64,000 bases of DNA, taken from Heterodontus francisci (taxonomy: Eukaryota). The stretch lies in the NCBI RefSeq assembly GCF_036365525.1, contig NC_090387.1, positions 50,335,404 through 50,399,403 on the forward strand, given 5' to 3'. The notes below the pieces were generated by a model that was given only the letters and a program-made list of their open reading frames with translations, did not search any database and had not been told where the DNA came from. The translations under genes and the position numbers were made by a program. Positions 61,775 through 64,000 of this stretch are shown here, piece by piece (positions within the stretch are counted from its first letter, which is position 1; the number at the start of each line of letters is the position of its first letter).

Positions 61775-61915
61775 CTTATTGTTTGCAGACAATCACTGAA
61801 GACAATACCGAGCTTTTGCCGTCCTTAATTCCCTCGGCCCTCCAAATGTTGGAAATGGTGCTTCTGTCCTCGGAAGATACCACAGAAAGTCTGCTGTTGA
61901 GGACACTTGTAGCAG
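61775..61915 (+). CDS. HEATR3: HEATR3 coding exon 6 ([18 protein letters not shown]...LLLRTLVA)
   Basis: Acceptor caatccacag; donor CAG|GTAAAA; 141 nt. Confidence 0.94.
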
Positions 61916-62238
61916 GTAAAATGTGTAAAGGAAAAGCAAACTGAAATCCTCTCAAGGCCATCTATCCAAGAAGAGAAAACATTCATTTTGTGTCTCTGAT
62001 TATACATTTATGCAGTTGTATTATTTGGATATAGATTTACTGCAAAAAGCCTGATTGTAAATACATTTTTAAATATTGCAGGTCAAAATAAATCAGTACA
62101 ATATTTGAGAAGTGGTCTTATCTGTAAATGGCTGTGGGGAGTAGGGGAAGGGTGCGATTCTAACTTTATCTTTTATCATAAGCATTCAGTAAAGGACCAA
62201 TTTCAATAAAACAAAGCAAAATCATTTACAAAGCATTT

Positions 62239-62565
62239 GGGCGGCGCAGTGGTTAGCACCGCAGCCTCACAGCTCAAGCGACCGGGGATCAGTTCTGGGT
62301 ATTGCCTGTGCGGAGTTTGAAAGTTCTCCCTGTGACCGTGTGGGTTTCCGTCGGGTGCTCCGGTTTCCTCCCACAGCCAAAGACTTGCAGGTTGATAGGT
62401 AAATTGGCCATTGTAAATTGCCCCTAGTGTAGGTAGGTGGTAGGAGAATTGTGGGGATGTGGTAGGGAATATGGGATTAATGCAGGTGGTTGTTGGTCGG
62501 CACAGACTCGGTGGGCCGAAGGGCCTGTTTCAGTGCTGTATCTCTAAATTTAAAAAAAAATAAAA
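62239..62565 (+). mobile_element. HE1-type V-SINE
   Basis: Same family; A-rich tail. Confidence 0.9.
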
Positions 62566-63027
62566 GCAGAGCCTGCATATAATGACAAGCAACAATTCAG
62601 TCGTAGAATATATATAAAATACATCTGCATAAGTCATGAATTTCCAAGTGATGCACCTTGTCTGTTTAATTTCAGAAAATCTTGTGGAAATGCTTTTAAT
62701 ATAAATTTGGGTTCTGGAAATTTCTATTTTTCGTTATTGCTGAATATTGCTAAATGGATGAGAAATTTGCACAGTTCATTCTCTGTATGCATATGTGTCA
62801 GTGCAGAGATGCCATTAAATTCCACAAATGGTAAATTGTTAATCAAGTAAACAAGGTGTAATAGGATACGATACTTTGCCTATAGGCAATGTAATTGTTA
62901 TGCTACACAAATTGAGTGGTGAGGGACAATGGTGTCTTGTGGTTTGATGAGTTTCAAATCTGCAGTTACTGGAGTGCATTGATTTATCATGTACATATTT
63001 ATGATTGGAAATAACATTTGCTTTTAG

Positions 63028-63320
63028 GTACTCTATGGAATGTGAAGAGTGTTGTTCCTACCAGCAGTCAAACAGACACAATAAATGCCGTTATAAGGAT
63101 TCTTTCGGAAACTCTGGATAAGAATGCCAACCAGATCATTCTGAGACTTCGGAAGGCTGCCTGTGCAATGCCAAAAGTTGAGGCAGAGACTGAAATGGAG
63201 GAGGAAATGATTGATGCAGATGAGGATGTTCCTTCCAACCTAGGTGATGGGATGCAAAAGGTTTCACAAAAAGGAAAAACAGGGAATATGAGAAATGATG
63301 ACATTTCAGACCTTCTACCA
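63028..63320 (+). CDS. HEATR3: HEATR3 coding exon 7 (GTLWNVKSVVP...acidic loop...DISDLLP)
   Basis: Acceptor ttgcttttag; donor CCA|GTAAGC; 293 nt; acidic stretch ETEMEEEMIDADED. Confidence 0.94.
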
Positions 63321-64000
63321 GTAAGCATACAGTGAAAATCGTCCGAAAAATGCTTAGCCCTTGTCCCTCCACATTTGTCAGGTCTCTTTCTCTTATCCTT
63401 TTTGATACATTACACAAGAAGCAACCCCCATTGCTTCAGCTCATCTCATGGACAAAGTCTAAAATGCCTGAAAAATATATTTGCTTTTATTCTCAGAAAT
63501 CCTGCTAGGTTTCTTTTTTTTCGTAATGTTTTACTTTGGGGAAAGGAGAGGACAAAGGTACAGCACAATCTGCTCCTGTTAAATTATCTTCTACCTATTT
63601 ATTTACATATTGGGCTTTAGTTTGCATCTTAAAAGATTTGCAGAATATTAACCTTTTGGTGTTATTAACTTGGTGTATTTTTGTTAATTGTTGAAATATT
63701 GGAATCAAGTAAGACATTCTATGGCGATTGATTAGAAATTGGACTGCAGACACAGTAGACTATCTAATGCAGTAGAACATGGTCTGGGGACAAAGAGTCT
63801 CGTAAATTCAAATAGGTATAGATTTAGGACCTATCCTTTACCTTGCTGAGTAAACATGAATACTTTGTGGCTTGCACTGACAAACACTTTACAGTCACTT
63901 GGCCATTTAAAATTCCTCCTATGTATGCTGGAATTGTTAGAGAATTAGAGAATTCTAGTTAGGCTATAAAGCACTTCTATTTAAAACTAATTATATTCTT

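Larger units (their letters stand above)
29229..63320 (+). other. HEATR3: HEATR3 (Syo1/symportin homolog) gene, coding exons 1-7; 3' part lies beyond the window
   Basis: Seven GT-AG exons join in frame: MGKKKTNKFARPQFSP...[14 protein letters not shown]...[17 protein letters not shown]...[11 protein letters not shown]...GTLWNVK...ISDLLP. HEAT/ARM protein; adjacent to CNEP1R1 as in other vertebrates. Confidence 0.95.

Overview
This is vertebrate genomic DNA, very probably from a shark or another cartilaginous fish, judged from the HE1/V-SINE, DeuSINE and HER1/CR1-type repeats. Two + strand genes can be built exon by exon. CNEP1R1 is complete (6 coding exons, 8708-20496, 125 aa) and its intron 4 is a U12 minor-spliceosome intron. 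HEATR3 exons 1-7 span 29229-63320 and the gene continues past the window. From memory, this gene order matches human 16q12. A CpG island at about 7950-8950 looks bidirectional, with splice signals for a divergent, probably non-coding, minus-strand transcript. The rest is mostly decayed, often nested transposable elements: a structurally complete but dead Gypsy element with LTRs, PBS, PPT and TSD; three or four solo LTRs; two hAT MITEs; CR1, L2, RTE and Penelope LINE fragments; and several SINE families. Three signals stand out. First, a short repeat (8 copies, 3 as fold-back pairs) carries a minimal hammerhead-ribozyme motif of the Penelope pseudo-LTR type. Second, a 3.2-kb single-ORF LINE begins with a tRNA-derived Pol III head. 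Third, a solo LTR with a nested MITE sits 16 nt inside the U12 intron. Everything was read by eye, so repeat family names and unanchored boundaries are approximate. None of the systems is shown here to be wholly new.
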